DNA of 64,000 bases, taken from contig NC_134034.1 in NCBI RefSeq assembly GCF_964204645.1, forward strand, positions 12,968,962 to 13,032,961, read 5' to 3'. Shown piece by piece: positions 36,915-50,908 of this stretch. The DNA comes from Tubulanus polymorphus (taxonomy: Eukaryota; Animalia; Nemertea). The notes beneath the pieces were generated by a model, which made no database searches, had not been told where the DNA came from, and saw only the letters and a program-made list of their open reading frames with translations. Position 1 is the stretch's first letter. Every line of letters starts with the position of its first letter. The position numbers and the translations under genes were made by a program.

Positions 36915-39710
36915 ATGGAAGTTGATAAAGCTCTGTCGCTGGTCGGAGGTAAACGCAGTCTTTGGCAGTTGCAGAAAGCAACTATAATGACTGTATTCGT
37001 TTATCTAACATGTCCGTTCTTTGCTTATTTAAACGTCTTCGTCGGTAAGTTTTAGATACGTTCACGATATTCGTCTTAGCAGCTACAATTAGCCCCTCGA
37101 GCAGGCATCCCTCAGACAATCTGCTCTCCGGAAACCACTACCAGTAACGAACTATTTAGACTTTTTGCACAACAATGCTGAATGTCTGAATAGGATGGTT
37201 CCAGAGGTTGAAGATTGTTTGAGAGGGTGGCTCCAGGTTACAACCGGATGATTTTCTAAGAGGGTGGCTCCTGGTTGTTTTCAATGATGTACAGTTTTAT
37301 TGCAGGTTGGACTCCACCTCATCACTGCACCACACCTAATAACACTTCCTCCAATCAAACGATCCCGTACATTTACAATAAGGAAAGCGTCCGCACCTTG
37401 GATCAATGTCACGTGTACGTGACTTCATCGATCGATAACCGCACCCGACTGACCAATCAGACGACCGGTTGTCATGACTACACGTATAACGCGGATGGAT
37501 ACACGAGTATCGTTACTGAGGTATGACAACCGAATTACTCACTGCCTCGCGGATAAATGATTTTATAAGAATCTTTTTTTTTGTTTTTTAGTTCGACCTG
37601 GTGTGTGATAAGTCGTATCTCTCCGCTCTCAGTCAGTCCTGTTATTTTTTCGGAGTTTTATGCGGAAGTTTGATTTTTCCTACGATTTCTGATATGTTCG
37701 GGCGGAAGTTGACGGCTCTCGGCGCCCTCTGGTGTGCCGGACTCACTTGCCTGTGTACGCTAACGGTTCGCGACGCCTACGGTTATATCGCCATCAGATT
37801 CTTCAGCGGAGCATTTATAAAAGTACGTTTTCATATAACTAACAGCACACTAGCGCACCTAGCGGATTCCCACTTGCCATAGGAGGAAACGTCGACTGCC
37901 ACAGCTGAATAGCCTGCCTAGTATGATGATCTGTATGTTGTGTGTATTTCAGGGAAGCGGACTGGCACAGTTTACACTAAACGCCGAACTATTCCCGTCT
38001 GATAAGCGCTCATTCGCTGCTAGTTATCAGTTTTTCTGGTATTCAATTTGGTTATCCGTTCTGTCATTGGTCGGATATTTACTCACAGATTGGAGGCATG
38101 TTATATTACTGGTTGGATGTAGCTGTTATCTCTCCATTATCGCTGTCTGGTAAAGTTCAAATCTTTTTAGCCGTTACTTACACTTCTAGGCCCACTTCCC
38201 TAGTTTCACAATTCACCAGTTCCACAATTGAACTTTTCCACAGTTGATCATTTCCACTTCAACAGTTCCACAATTGAACAGTTCCACAATCAAACAGCTC
38301 CACAATTAAACAGTTCCACAAGTCAACAGTTCCACAAGTCAACAGTTCCACATTTAGTATTTGTGTATTTCGCCACAGGTTGCTGGAGGAATCAGTCCCG
38401 TGGTTGGTCGCAAACGGTCGCGGTAAACAAGCCGTCGCTATTCTAGAGAAAGCCGCAAAACGTAACCGAGCGACTCTACCCAGCAACGTTATCGATGACG
38501 TCATAATGGCCGCATCGCGTGATGCAAATCAGCCCGAAGATGGCCAAAAACGCCGCCTAGCGGGACTTAAGAATATCACCGCTGTATTGAAGCTGAAATG
38601 TGCTTGTACTAAACAGGGTGACGCGGATATTGGAGTTTTGGATATATTGAAACATCCCAAACTACGGATTTGGTCGCTATTAATGCTATTCGTTTGGTGA
38701 GTGCATCCGACGAGCTTGATCTCATCGACTGAAGCGCCCCCTATAAGTCATTGATATGTTAACTCTCCGTTCATACAGGATGAATACTAATATCGTCTAT
38801 TACGGACTGTCGTTCAGTTCAACGGCGTTTGTTGGAAATCGATTCGTAAACTTCTTCCTAACAGCAGTAGTAGAAATACCCGCGTATATATTCCTGAAAT
38901 TCTCCATTGAAAAGTGAGTCGTTTTCAATCCATTTATTACAAACAGCTCTCCATACAGTGAATAAAGTTTGATTTGTATTTGTATTTGTAGATTTGGTCG
39001 CCGGTACTGCGTTTTGTCGTGTTATATTTTGACCGGGTTATTCGTTCTCATCAGTAACTGTTCACCCAGACACGGTAAGGCTCGATCGATAGGTGGCGTT
39101 GTCACTGTTCCAGGTGGCGCTGTGCAGGCGTCTGATTTCTATTGTTATTTTCTAGTAAATGGCATGAATTTGGTGCCCGTTGTCATGGCAATGAACGCGA
39201 TGGGAAAATTCTTCGTAACAACGGCATACGGCGCCATCTATATTTACACGAGTGAACTATATCCTACCAATATCAGGTAAGTATGAGGTCTGCAATACGG
39301 AGATGAGTTTGTGAAATGATTGTTGGTTGTTGATTTTTTTTTCATTGTTTTTGTTTAGAACTCGAGGAATTGGTATGAATTCGATGTTCGCCAGATTCGG
39401 TTCGATGTTGGCGCCATTTGCGGAGGTTTTGGCGCGTAAATCCGCCGTGTATCTCGGCGTGACGCTAGGGGTCGCAGCAGTCGTCAACGGAATACTCGTT
39501 TTACCGTTGCCAGAAACGAAAAAGCAGCCACTTCCCGAAACGATGGACGATATCGATTATCTGTCGCGCAGGACCATCTCATGCAAATGTAGTCGACCAA
39601 CTGAAGATGACGTCACCGGTCATGAAGTCACCGGCGATGACGTCACACGCGAGAAGCGAGAAAATGATGATAACGCGGCTGAAACGACGATGATGTTACG
39701 ACAAATTTAG
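36915..39710 (+). CDS. SLC22-family organic cation/carnitine transporter (MFS)
   Basis: Exons 36915-37044, 37306-37520, 37592-37822, 37953-38149, 38379-38696, 38779-38913, 38992-39074, 39156-39276, 39359-39710. Motifs SIVTEFDLVC, SDMFGRK, ELFPSDKR, EESVPWL, KFGRR, SELYPTNIR, LPETK. Confidence 0.92.
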
Positions 39711-41459
39711 TTTATAGTCTTTTGCTAGTCCACACGATCGATATTCGATCATACGTTAAAAATGATTAATGTATCTATTAAAAGTTATTCTTTAGAAGGG
39801 GAAAGATATAAACATCGCTTAAGAGCGAGACGAGTCAGCACTAGCAGCAATCCTGCAGCTACTGTGACGTCACGTGTAGAGGGCAGAGACGACTGTCAGT
39901 AAGCACTATCATGAGTGTGTTACGTGCTGGCTGCTACTGTACTGCCATATACCCTTCGATTGTATTTTTTTGTCCTTTCTTTTATTTTATCCTTATCCAC
40001 ATTGTATGATTATCTTGTGTGTACTTTTTTGCTGTCACACTCGACTGTTTTGTATTATAAAAGTTTAAGAGTTCAATAAAGTGTTTTGTATTGTATTGTA
40101 TTGTATCGTACTAGCAGCAATCCCGTAGTTTCTGTGACGTCACGCGTGGAGGTTTCCTGTAGAGATGGACGTGGGTAGAGGGATATAGCTGTATTCGCGT
40201 TGTTTGTAATAACCCGCCAATAGTTAATCAATTCAGTTCACCTCAGGCCATCCTTAGCCATCAAATACGTACATCTTAATCACCCTTTGTAGCCAGGTAA
40301 CCGGGATCTTTAAAACGGTCTAAAAGAACGCGGTTCAGTACACGACAGCGCCACCTACCTTCAAATGGTCATAGACGGTGTTGAAAATGAGATCTTATTT
40401 TACGTTTTACGTGTATTCTGTTTAAAGTTATAAAGTCCAGTCCGATCATGTAAAATCTCTTTAATCCCCCAATTTAGACTCTAATCAATAGAAACCAGAA
40501 CCGTGGAATTATTAATAGATTCCTCTCGTGACTTTGTCGGAGAAATCAGTCAACCGTAATTACTCCAAGTATGTCACAATAGATCTAGTTATAAACCCCT
40601 ATAACCCCGTTCTATATCAGGTCAGAGACCGGCACCATACTATATTTTCTATAATCCTTACTTTTGTTTGCCATGTCCTAATCGTATGGATACTCCGTCA
40701 TATAGAATATTATTATAAGTCGGTTTCGAAAGTACAAGCTTTTGGTCGTGGTCTTTAAAAACTCTTCTGGACCAGCAAGAATTTCTCTTTAAGGCCGATT
40801 ATAGCTGAATGTGCCGTTATCGATTCTCTCCCAGGTATAATGTATATGTAATGGCGCGCAGGTGCGGGGTCGGGGATTATAAATAACAAACCAGTTTTTG
40901 TAGGATCTGATATCAAAACAGGGCGTCGGATGTTTTGCTATTTTGCTGTTTAGTTCTTATGAGTAGTAGTGTAAGTAATGCATATTATAAATCAGAGTCG
41001 CGTTTTCCACTGTGGATTGATGTATCCACTGTGAGAGGAATTTAGGGTCTTGTATGTAGATTAGTATGCGTTGGAGGGGGGGGGGAGGTGGGTGTTGACG
41101 AGACCAAAAGATGTGTTCTAACGTGAAGATATGATAACTCTACGGTCTGTTAGACCTGGCCCGGCCTATCCTCGCCCTCCACCCATCGCTCCAACCTCAG
41201 GGGCGGATCGAAGAATTTGGGGGGGGTTCATAGGCCTAGTGTTTTTAATATTATTATAATGTATACAAAAACTAGGCCTCAAAATGGCCTCACTATAATA
41301 GTGCACGAAAGAGCGAGCGCCATTTTGTGACCTATCTTGGCAAAAATACGATTGCCCGGGGTCCGTCCTGCCCCGCACCCTGTCTCTGATGCATTTATGT
41401 AATCAACCCGGCTTTCAAATTGCAGCACGAATATTAGATAGATTGATCTGAGAAGAACA

Positions 41460-43276
41460 ATGGGAGCTTTTCAAAGTCTTATGAAATCTCTGTTCGGCAA
41501 GAAAGAGATCAGAATCGTGATGGTCGGTTTGAACGGAGCTGGTAAAATAACGATCTTACACAAACTGAAATTAGGTGAAATAGTTACGACTATTCCAACC
41601 AGCGGTGAGTGTATGTGGCCGGGGTAGAGAGGGGGAGGGGGGGGGGCTGCTGGGTATAGTTTTCTCAGTAGAGGCTTCTCTCATTTCTGTTGCAGGATTC
41701 AACGTAAAAACTGTAGAATATAAAAACATTAGTTTCACCGCGTGGGACGTCGGCGGTCAAGACGAAGTCAGACCTCTGTGGCGACAGTATTTCCAGAACA
41801 CGCAAGGTTTGTAGATCTGGGGTCCAGTTCCACAGTTCCGAGTTAAGATCTAACTCCGAGTTAACTCATTGAAAATGAACTAACTTTAACTCAAACTCCA
41901 ACTCAGAGCTGTGGAACTGGGTCCAGGTATTTGACTTACTTGAGTAATCCAGGCACGGTTCAACGGTTTGAGTTTGGATTTGACTCCGAGTCAACTCACT
42001 GAAAATTCACTAACTTTAACTCAGAAACAACTGTGGACCTGGGTCCTGATCTGAAACACGATGAGTTATTAATGATTTGAGGTTATGATTCGAGGTTGAT
42101 TTCGTCGTTTCGTAGGTTTGATATTCGTAGTCGACAGTAACGATAGAGAACGTGTCGGCGAAGCTAAAGAAGAATTAAATCGATTGTTAAACGAAGATGA
42201 GCTCAGAGACGCCGTTTTATTAGTGTTCGCCAACAAACAGGTACCGTAACAACGGCTCTTTCTAATCTCGCCGGCCATCACTCACCCTATGACGTCATCA
42301 ACGGCTACCGTCCAGATTCTGTTCGCACAGAATCATATTCGAGATATTTGAAGACTCTTCAGCTCGATTTCGATATCATCCGGGGGACCACATTAGAAAT
42401 CACTTTTTTCCTTACAAGTACATTATGCTTGAAATGGGATACTGGCACCACCAGATGGCGCAACAAAACATCGGGTTATTCGTAGTAAATATCCGACTGA
42501 CTGACTTGGTTTTGAGGTTTCCAAATCCGAAAATCATCAAACGAGTCATCAGGTAGATACAACATTGCCTACTCACTCGGTGTATGTGTATTGATTTCAC
42601 TGAAAATTTATAATCGGAAAAGTTGACTCGAATCTAAATGAGATGTAGATGTCGAACGAAATTGAAGTTCGGTAACCCGATAGTGATCCTGCTAGCGGAT
42701 TATGGCTGAATCATTAGCCTTGCCTTTATCCCTACCAATTGTTGTTTTATCAATCTGTGGGGCGGGTGCAGGAAAACCCTGTTAGCCTAACCGTGGTTAG
42801 TGGCTTATCCGTGGTTAGGCTAACCAGCTTGAAATACGAGGCTGCACGAAGACAATGGTAGCTAACAGCGTTTTCCTGCGCCCACTTATGCCTAACCACA
42901 GTGTACTAACCACAGTTAACGCCTTAACAGGGTTTTCCTGCGCCCGTCCCCCGCAGATTGTTAAAACAACAATTCGTTTGGGATAAAAATGTGTGTTCCT
43001 CTGTCGCACGAGTCGAGTCAAATAACGACTAGAAATTCACCGATTCAAATGGCAGACATTTTTCCCATTGGGACCACGATTCATCGTTACGTTATGAAAC
43101 GCTTTTCGTTTTAGGATTTACCGAACGCGATGAACGCCGCGGAGGTCACCGACAAATTAGGACTTCACGATATTCGTAGTCGTAGCTGGTACATTCAGGC
43201 GACGTGCGCCACGAGCGGGGACGGACTTTACGAGGGTCTCGATTGGCTTTCGAACGAGTTGAAAAAACGAAAATAA
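41460..43276 (+). CDS. ARF: ADP-ribosylation factor (ARF1-like small GTPase) with a divergent G1/switch region
   Basis: Exons 41460-41604, 41696-41806, 42116-42240, 43115-43276. MG myristoylation start, WDVGGQ, FANKQD, TCAT; the P-loop reads GLNGAGKIT. Confidence 0.93.
41817..41927. mobile_element. MITE with TIR ...ccagttccacag / ctgtggaactgg... (a second partial copy extends to 42047)
   Basis: Inverted termini, gagttaactc internal palindrome; same family as 62056-62168. Confidence 0.75.
42759..42951. mobile_element. MITE with TIR ggggcgggtgcaggaaaaccctgtta / taacagggttttcctgcgcccgtcccc
   Basis: ~27-bp imperfect terminal inverted repeats in an ARF intron. Confidence 0.78.
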
Positions 43277-43469
43277 TCAACAGCAGTTCAACAGTGGCAG
43301 TAGCAGCAGCAGCGGCAACAGCAGCAGTAGCGGCAGCAGCAGCAGCAGCAGCCGGTTCATATGTAGAACTATTTCTCTCTTAATATCAACTTTTAAGAAA
43401 ATCAGAACACAAAACCTAACTTCGAACAATTATAGACGCCTTGTAAATTAAAACATATGTATTACGTAA

Positions 43470-43660
43470 TATTGTCGACAATGAATAGAACAATATAAAT
43501 TATATAGTATTAATGGATCAGTGAAGTTATTTTGGTTTTGAATATATCGACAATTGAATTGGATTGACCCGGCAACCAGTCTAGCCCGGATATATTGATG
43601 ACGTAGTGCACATCCTCGCAAAAATAACAATCATCGAAATTTATCGAAAATAAAATATGA
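43470..43660. repeat. Dispersed repeat, also present at 28855-28990
   Basis: Shared cagtctagcccggatatattgatgacgtagt..cacatc and gaaatttatcgaaaat. Confidence 0.75.
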
Positions 43661-44724
43661 GTTATGAAACTTATTCAATTACGAAATAAACGCCAAAATT
43701 CCTAATTGTAACTGCTATTTAGAAACGCCCATTGAGAGCCATTTGGGTTGAGAGGGAGAGAGGGAGGGGAGTTGCTAGAAAGAGAAGGGTAAGGGAGGGT
43801 ATGGGGTCGTGAACTCAATCTGTTGATTTTAATCTCTCAGATCGTAATATTAATCTCAGCTGATAAGAAGTCAGCCAGCGATTCCCGCCGACAATATCTT
43901 AATTAGATAATGTCTAATTAACTAAATGCTATTAATTGGTTTTATCAATCAGTCGAAGCTTTGTTGACTCGAGGCTCGCAGTGAAGATGTGGGAGGTGTA
44001 TATACTGCAGACATTCAGACATTGACACATGTAAATAGATTGGGAAGCTGACGAGACTTAAACAAATGAGAAATCACCAAAAATAGGTGTAATAAAATAA
44101 ATGTCCTTTCTCTCTCTTCCGTGTCTGATATATCAGATAAATATACAGAGAATATCATGTTCAAATATATATATATGGATATAAGGTATATTGATTGCCG
44201 ACGCGCACACTTGCCACAGACTCTTTCTATTCATATATAGTTCGATCAGAGTTCAAGCAGCCACAGAACGGAAACCTACGATTAATTTCGAAGGTTTCAA
44301 ACATCAAAGGTAGTTCAGCGAGCTACGATACGTGCATCACGAGACGACGACGGTTTCTCCCACGCACCGAATGACGTCATACAATTCCAAGGAATCCCCG
44401 CGATCTAGAAAGACCACGAACACTGAGAAGAACCACAGATTCCTGACTGCCGAGAGTCTATTCACGAACTTTATTACTCCCCGTAAAATGGTTATCAAAG
44501 TCAGTTCACGCGGTGCTCTTTAAAACCCAAACCCCTCGAACAATAGTGCAGTAAAATAAGTGACATAAACTATCTACCCGTCAGCCAGGGCCAAATTCGG
44601 TGTTCGTATCTAGTCGACTAACGGTCGAAACTAATAACCGAATACGCTTAATTTCCGAATAATTTCCGAAATATAGTTCCGACTAGAACGACAACCACAC
44701 TCAAACGTGGTGAACGGATAATCA

Positions 44725-44972
44725 GATAAAAACCCACTATTTACAGATTAAAAGAATTTAAAAACAAGAATTTATCTATTCAATCTAAAATTTAAAGAAT
44801 TCACGACGTTTCGATCTCACCCTATAGATCACCGTTAGGTGTCACACAGGCGTCACACCTGACGATGATCTCTAGGGTGAGATCGAAACGTCGTGTATTT
44901 TTGATTGAAATAAATAAATTCTTGTTTTTAAATTCTTTTAATCTGTAGATAGTGGCTGGGTTTTTTTTTATC
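44725..44972. mobile_element. Palindromic Penelope-like terminal element carrying head-to-head minimal hammerheads (family A, copy 2)
   Basis: ~115-bp arms inverted about 44848. The + arm has an intact ribozyme; the left arm core is mutated (CUAACGG). Confidence 0.75.
44855..44896 (+). ncRNA. Minimal type I hammerhead ribozyme
   Basis: ACAC-CUGACGA-U-GAUCUC(UAGGGU)GAGAUC-GAAA-CG-UC^GUGU; predicted cleavage after 44892; stem I ACAC/GUGU. Confidence 0.8.
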
Positions 44973-45959
44973 TCAAAGTTCCGACTAACTGAAATCCGGT
45001 TTCGCTTATTTCGACTTATAGTCGACTAACTCAGATAACCGAAGTTGGCTCTGATTATCGATCGCCCATACATAATTCCTGATGCATTATATTAATGACA
45101 AATACATAGGATTCACCGCCAGCTTCCCACGCCATCCTATAGCCCCACAACTTCCGGGACAGGCTGCTTTATCTATTCACCTTTTTGTCTGATGTATACT
45201 AGGTTACACTAGGATCTCGGTACATGTATTGTGGCGACTGTTATTACGATCACCGAGGGTTGTTCGAGTTAAAATGCCGCTGATAAAACTGTAAATTCCA
45301 GACTGTAATAAACTCGCAATTAAAAACCGCACGAAACCAGTTCAAAAATATCGAGATCTATTTCTGTACGTGAGGCCGCGTTATCTGTAGATACCGCGCA
45401 TACACAACTCTCCTATAGTGTCACTAATAGAACCCCGCCCTCCATCCATCAAAACCTGAGTACCTTTGGGTGCAAGGACGACGTGAATACCCTGACCAGG
45501 GAGAGGTGACTGAGTACCCGTGATGGGAGGCGAACTTTTGTTCGGAATAGCGATTCCACAACATCACGACACACGTGACCGGTCATCACATGTCACAGTT
45601 TACGCAGTAACTGACCCCTGACAGGCGGGGATTCAGACGCTGTAGTACCACTAGGCGTGTGTTACCGTCGCTCTCTTTTGTCTCGATCAATCGCAATGAG
45701 TAGGAAAGGACACATGTTTACAAGACGATGCTGATAATTTTTTAACAAAAAGTCACCAGGCATTCTTTTCATCTTTATCGCCTGGAAACTAACTACATCT
45801 CGATGCAGTAAACTTTCTAGAAAGCGCATTTCACCAGGACTTCACCTATTGTTTCGAAATTGCACCAAAAAGCAGTACATTTTTCAAACTTTCCTCGGGG
45901 AGGACCCCCAGGCCCCTCTATTGTAGGAGGGGTTTAGGCCCGTTTTTTAAGTGGTCCCT

Positions 45960-46265
45960 GGATCAGCCCTTTGGCCAGTGGTTTTGGGAAGCCGGAGACC
46001 CAGGTTCGAGTCCCTGTCGGAGCTCGTTCGGAAAATCTAGGTTTTATAGGGTGAAATTCATTTAATGTTCGTGATATTTCACCGGACGTAAAAACGTAAC
46101 ATTTTCTCGTTCGTGAGTACACCAGTACCGGCACAGTACCCAGGGTCGTCCAGGTAGTCCAGGAAGGCAGTCGGCATTCAGGTTTAACCGGAGCAGTCCA
46201 GGGTAGCAGTGGCCGGATTCCCCGGGGCAGTGCGTCTTGCCGGTCATGCATACACATGATATCAA
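45960..46265 (+). mobile_element. Probable 5'-truncated tRNA-derived SINE
   Basis: ggagacccaggttcgagtccc B-box and T-arm-like segment followed by a GC-rich body. Confidence 0.4.
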
Positions 46266-49200
46266 TTAAAACACAGTTTATACGCCGTCGGCACGCTCTA
46301 TGTCACTCTCCTTCTCTCCGAGTCTGATCTCCTCCGAACAGCTGTTTTTTACACAGCGAACCGCTGCGCAATGCTAAACACACACACATACAGCTCACTA
46401 TACAGACACGCACGTATATACATAATGTGTTTTATCGCGCTGAAAAATAACCGCAGCAGTTCCAGCACAAGAGGAGTCTATAGTATAGAGTGTTACGTAT
46501 AGCGCAGTGACTATATCGTACTGACTGGAGCGGCGTATGGAATCGTGCTGTGATTGACTCTATGTTTGTTACAGATCTATATAAACGGGTATCACTGATA
46601 GTTATTGGATATCTCACACTGAGGAGACTTGTAGTGTGACACGTGGATTCAGGGTCACGAGAGATAGTTGATCTTTGTTCAGAACTTCAATCTGATTGCG
46701 ACATTGTATCCCTCTCTCACTCTGCGTTGTGCAATATTGTTACATTCGTTTATCGTTGCGAAAGTCGTTGAACGTTTCACATTGTTTTCAGTAATTACGA
46801 AATACGAAAGTTCAGTTGCGGTGTGGTTTTTGTTTTAATATCGAAATAGATTTTGATATTTCTAAAATCGAGTGGAACGCGACAGGAAGTAGTGAAAAGT
46901 GGAACAGTGGACGCTGGACTGCCTGGTGATACAGGGCGCCAGGGATTAGTGAAACGCTGGGACTAGTGACTAGAACACGACTCTGGACTGTCTGGTGACT
47001 AGTGGAACTGCAGGGATACAGGATTATAGTGACTAGTGAATAATGACTAGTGTTTTTAGTATATTGATTCGAGCGAGACGCAACACTATTATTAGAAGCT
47101 TTGTCGTGTAGAGTCGTGTAGACGCGCGTCGAGAGACAGAGAGAGAGAAAGCCGAGAGGGAGAGAGCTATATTATTTTACGAGTCAATTATTATTCATCG
47201 GTTTATTGATCGCGCTGTGTTGCAGTCGCTCGCGAGGACAGCCTCCAGTGCGACGACGGAGCGCCGGATACTGCGTCTGCTGGGATTGATAGACCGCTAG
47301 AACATAAAAAAGGCTCGAGATGTTTATATCCGCGACTGTTGGAGGACGTGTCCATCCAGCCGCTAATAGTGCGCCGGTTAGGATACAATACACTCGGTTG
47401 TAAAGCGACAAAAAGTAGATAACTAAACCAACTGGGTCAATCGCGGATATCTATCGGACGTGAAGTCGAGTTAATTTAGGTCATAAATTTAGGGGCTATA
47501 AAACACACACACGCAGACGCCGTACGCACACACACATCGAGTTGTGGGAGACTTGTCTGGTAGGATGTGTTCGCTTGTCTCTGATCTACCGTTTAACAAT
47601 GGAATGATATTTTATGACCGTTTCTCGACGCTGCGCAGGAAATGAATAACCCCTCATTTAATACAGTTTTCAAATTCTGAGAATTTCATATCTGTGTTTG
47701 TGCGCATATATACATATACGTGTGCGCATAGTGTAGGCGAGGGATATAATAAAATGTTGTGTGTCCTGGTTTAAATGAAATGCTAAGAGATAAAGGTCTC
47801 TCGGGCTACGTAGTTACACTCGGTGATATCAGACATATATAGGAATTACGCCACCAACCACGGACAGATAGGATTTCAGTTTCTCTTTATTTAAAAAAAA
47901 AACTGACTGCTGAGATATGAAGCCTCCTCTATTCGCTGTAGCTGTTGTATTAATTATAGTCAGCGTTCTTTTTCACCCGGTAAGTTAAAAGAGTAGTATA
48001 ATCGTCTTTATTTCAGTTGTGGGTTCTTTGGGACGTCTCTGCAGACTCGCGCAATGCCCACCTAGCCCCCCTTTCCCTTAGGGAGACTGTCAGGACTTAC
48101 TGCGTCACGTTAACGCCACGTAAGGACTGTGGAATCTCGCAGGTTCGAATAGGGATATGATGTATTTTTCTGAATGAGAGACGTCGTCGCTAGGTAACGG
48201 GCTATTAACGACAACAATGTGAATGTCGAGTCTGACACAGGATGAGACGCCGAGAGGTCACGTGATACATCCCCCATTCACTGATCGAGTGAATAATCCG
48301 AGAATCTCAACGGGCGATATATCAATATCATCAAAATACACAGTGCGGCACGCGTCTGATAGAAAATCAATAAGTCATTCATAATAACCGATTCTGAATG
48401 ATTGAAATCTGCGAGAAGAAAAAACTGGGGGCATCTCAGCAACTGGGTGAGAACAGAGGATCAGGGGTTAATTAATTAATCGGAGACGTTCCCCGAGGGA
48501 CAGATGCTTTCATTTTCGTTTCGAAGTGACATCAAGGACACGTAGCAGCGGCAGCAGTCAGGAGGGAGGGGGGGGGGGTGGTTTAATGTCGCGCTATGGA
48601 TTTTATTGAAAAACGAATGCGGGACGTAGCCTATAGGGGGAGGTCACAGTCAGCGCTGTAAATATCGATTTCCAAACGCGAGTTTTATCGCCGTTTTTCT
48701 AATCATGTGATATTCTTTTATTTTATTGCAACATAAGATACACTATTGTGTAGACACGTATAAATATGCGCGGGTCGTGTCTTCAATTATAGACTTTGAT
48801 TGTTCCCTTTCTATCTCTCTTACCTCCCTCCCCTCTCTCTGCTCCCTCTCTCCGCTCCCCCTCTCCCTCTCTCCGCTCCCCCCTCTCTCTCTCCGCTCCC
48901 TCCCTCTCCCTCTCCGCTCCGACAACATCCGCCTCCTAAATTCCACTCGGGTTGTTTATCTATTGTTCTATATTAGACACTGTTTTGAGGCCTAGTTTTC
49001 TCCACTGCGCGCTATAATGAATTTACTGGTATGCGCCGGATACCGGGGTCGCAATGTCAAGGTCATAAATAATGATTTATATGTATGTACACTAAGAAGC
49101 TTCGTTACGGGATCAGGTTTGACATCTCAGAAGAGAGGTACAAATATACAGAGTCAACACTGTGAGTCTGACTGACTGACACTGACCAGCTACTGGTGAT

Positions 49201-50810
49201 GGTCATTAAAAGTGACCAGTCACTGGTGATCTAGAGTGACCAGTCACTGGTCATTAAGACTGACCAGTCACTATCAGGAGGGACCACCTCGCCCTTCGTA
49301 AGGCTAAAAGGTCCCTTTAACCTAATTTTATCCGTGATGACCCTAACTCTGTTCAACGCAAGTCTCGCATTGTTGTTCCTTACGTCCCTTGTTAAGACAC
49401 ATTGAAACCTACGCTCAAAAGCTCTTAACACTGATATCATATTCAAGTATAATAATTAAATCTCTAGTCATTTATCCAAAAAATAATACTCTGTCCAACA
49501 TACACTGCCGGTGTTTAGATTGTGATAATTTTTAGAAACCGGGCGCTCCATCAGTGTTCATATTAAAGAACATAAGAAAGATATATAATTCATCAAAAAC
49601 CCTAAAGTGCTGAGGCTACCCGAGTTTGGGAATTCTCGTAGAATTTTCAACAGTACTACCCGACATTGTCACATAGTTGAGTCGCCTTTAATAAGTACCT
49701 ATTCTAATCCCTGTGTCAATGGTACCTTGGTTTCACCCCCCATAATAAACTTTTTTCCAAATACATTTCCTCTCTGGTCGATATCATCTAGTTTTATGTG
49801 TAATAGTGTGTGTCGTTCTGGTTGGATATATATATATATATATATATACTGTGATAGTCCATTCTTGTAGTTACTCCTTGAAAATTTTTTTTTTAGCGTA
49901 AACCGAAAATTCGGGTTTTTAATTAATTCTAAACTGTTTCGATTTTTTAAAAACTTTTTCGATCTCGTGAATTGTGGGGGGGATTTATATTCTAGTCATT
50001 GCGTAGTTTTACTTGGTTCAGAATGATCTGTCACCGGTGGCCAGTAAGTGACCAGTGACTGGTGGTCAGCGTGAATAATCCGTCACTGGCGGTCAGTGGG
50101 AGTGACCGATCACGTGTGATCGGTAGGTGACCAATCATTGGTGGTCAATTACAGGAGTGGTGTTGGAACCGCAGCGACTGCGCAGCGGCCAAAGCCGCAG
50201 CAATAATTTACTGAATGACTTTTTCTTTGACTACCACGTTTTTGAAGAAATTAAGTTAATTTGCCGCGGCAATATTTAGAACCTGTCCAAAATCGGTATT
50301 TGGCCGCAGCAAATCAGAAATTGCTTCCAACCCGCCTGTTAATGGAATGGAGTTAATTTCCATTCCGGAATGGCACGTACCGCCCACTGTCGACCTTCTA
50401 ATGAGAGCACAATATATTCATTGTATATATGTACTGCAGAGATCAGGATCGGGGACAGTGCAGAAATTGCTTCCAACCCGCCTGTACCCTGTCATTGTAT
50501 AGTTTCTTGTACGGCTGAACGATGAAGAGCCTTGCGCGGCTGCTCAATGTTAGAAACGACTGTAGTATTTATTACGATACTTTGACACCTTCCCCGATTG
50601 TTTAACTGAAACCTGCGCGGATTGATTAAAAAAAAAAAACTATCCTGTAACGTGTGACGTCATCGGCTTATATATCACGTGATAACGCTAACATCCTTCG
50701 TCACGTGGTAAATAGATACCGTCTGCTCGTCGCGTGTGTAGCTGGTCAAAAGAGACACATAGTTTTGATTAGTGGCAGTAATTGTATTAGAGACGCGCAT
50801 TACTGCAACA

Positions 50811-50863
50811 TCAGTGGCAGCGGCGGTTGCAGCGGCAGCGGCAGCGGCAGCGGCAGCGGCAGC

Positions 50864-50906
<43 letters not shown>
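50811..50906. repeat. (CAGCGG)n(CAG)n trinucleotide-type repeat
   Basis: Direct observation. Confidence 0.9.

Positions 50907-50908
<2 letters not shown>

Noticed and set aside
39601-39630. CTGAAGA-TGAC..GTCA hammerhead-like stretch
   Set aside because: Followed by GAAG rather than GAAA, and lies within SLC22 coding sequence.
50510-50565. Hammerhead-like ATGAAGA-GCC..GGC...GAAAC
   Set aside because: C3 is missing, a long insertion precedes GAAA, and there is no UH site or stem I.
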